DNA of 64,000 nucleotides from an uncultured Verrucomicrobiae bacterium (GTDB lineage Bacteria; Chlamydiota; Chlamydiia; Chlamydiales; Rhabdochlamydiaceae): NCBI GenBank assembly GCA_963718565.1, contig OY970364.1, positions 1,536,001 to 1,600,000 of the forward strand, read 5' to 3'. Shown piece by piece: positions 63,181 to 64,000 of this stretch (position 1 is its first letter; each line of letters starts with the position of its first letter). The notes under the pieces were generated by a model. It saw only the letters and a program-made list of their open reading frames with translations, ran no database searches and was not told where the DNA came from. The position numbers and the translations under genes were made by a program.

Positions 63181-63861
63181 TTACTTTTTTTGAAATCGAA
63201 TTTGAAAGTATTTTACGATCTGATCGACTACTTGGTCAATGGAAAGATGGCTGGTATCGATGCGCAAAGCATCTGGAGGACAGCGCAAAGGGGCGATTTC
63301 CCGAGTAGAATCATGCTCATCGCGCTGCAGGATGTCAGCGAGCATCTGTTCTCGATTGAGAATTCTGGCCTCCTCAGGTCGCTTCTCAAGAATTTCAGTA
63401 AGTCTTCTTTCTGCTCGAATCTCAGGATCTGCTGTAAGAAATATTTTTAATTCGGCATTGGGAAAAACAACAGTGCCCAAATCTCTCCCTTCAAAAACAA
63501 CATTTTTCTCTTTGGCAAACCGATGTTGAATGATCAGCAAATGGGTTCGGACTTCTCGTAGCGCAGAGACCGCGGATACGTGCGCCGTTACTGGACGAGA
63601 TCGAATCACTTCTGTCACATTCTGGTCGCCGACAAAATAGTGCTTCACGCCATTGTTTTCGACGATATTAAAAGCGAATTTTCTCAAAAGATCTTCAATC
63701 GCAGAAGAGTCCTGGATGGAGGTATTGTGCTCTAAAACAAACCATGTGAAACAACGGTACATGGCTCCGGTGTCGAAGTAAACAAAATGAAGTTGATCTG
63801 CAACTCGACGAGCAACTGTAGTTTTGCCTGTTCCGGAAGGGCCATCAATAGTAATAATCAT
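63181..63861 (-). CDS. cmk: Cytidylate kinase
   Basis: IDGPSGTGKTT; DTGAMYR; EGRDLGT. Confidence 0.97.
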   Translation of the reverse strand: MIITIDGPSGTGKTTVARRVADQLHFVYFDTGAMYRCFTWFVLEHNTSIQDSSAIEDLLRKFAFNIVENNGVKHYFVGDQNVTEVIRSRPVTAHVSAVSALREVRTHLLIIQHRFAKEKNVVFEGRDLGTVVFPNAELKIFLTADPEIRAERRLTEILEKRPEEARILNREQMLADILQRDEHDSTREIAPLRCPPDALRIDTSHLSIDQVVDQIVKYFQIRFQKK

Positions 63862-63870
63862 AAGTGTCTG

Positions 63871-64000
63871 TTAATGCATTCGGATGAAAAAATAGACAAT
63901 CGGTGTTGTGAATAAAAGAGAGTCCACCATATCTAAAACGCCACCGAGCCCTGGAAGCGTATTGCTATCTTTGACAACAGCATCGCGTTTAAGAAGTGAT
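63871..64000 (-). CDS. cdsA: Phosphatidate cytidylyltransferase, 3' end only
   Basis: KRDAVVKDSNTLPGLGGVLDMVDSL. Confidence 0.9.
   Translation of the reverse strand, partial: SLLKRDAVVKDSNTLPGLGGVLDMVDSLLFTTPIVYFFIRMH

Overview
64 kb of an environmental Chlamydiota chromosome (inferred from a grgA/CT504 homolog, uhpC, mip, and a gene order recalled as matching C. trachomatis CT504-CT553). 1-10.8 kb is a decayed genomic island downstream of tRNA-Leu(UAA). It holds two tRNA-derived att fragments, an integrase stub, an intact HigB/HigA-ImmA toxin-antitoxin pair, a broken TnpB and nested IS elements (IS256, IS607, IS630 x2, IS66-like, ISAs1, IS1634). 11-26 kb is grgA, gapA and the ribosomal protein/secY/rpoA cluster, with rpmC frameshifted. 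26-30 kb is four tandem hydrophobic ~270-aa genes at the Cap1/CT529 position. 30-64 kb is core envelope, replication and translation genes, plus an intact IS1634 in the 3' end of lnt and many palindromic MITE-like elements. The standout is 43867-45540: an IS-flanked gene with its own near-consensus promoter, encoding five tandem PAM2-like motifs, about seven PPR-like repeats and a C-terminal Smr domain. It is a candidate secreted effector that docks on host PABP and binds or cleaves host mRNA. All family assignments come from motif recognition without database searches.
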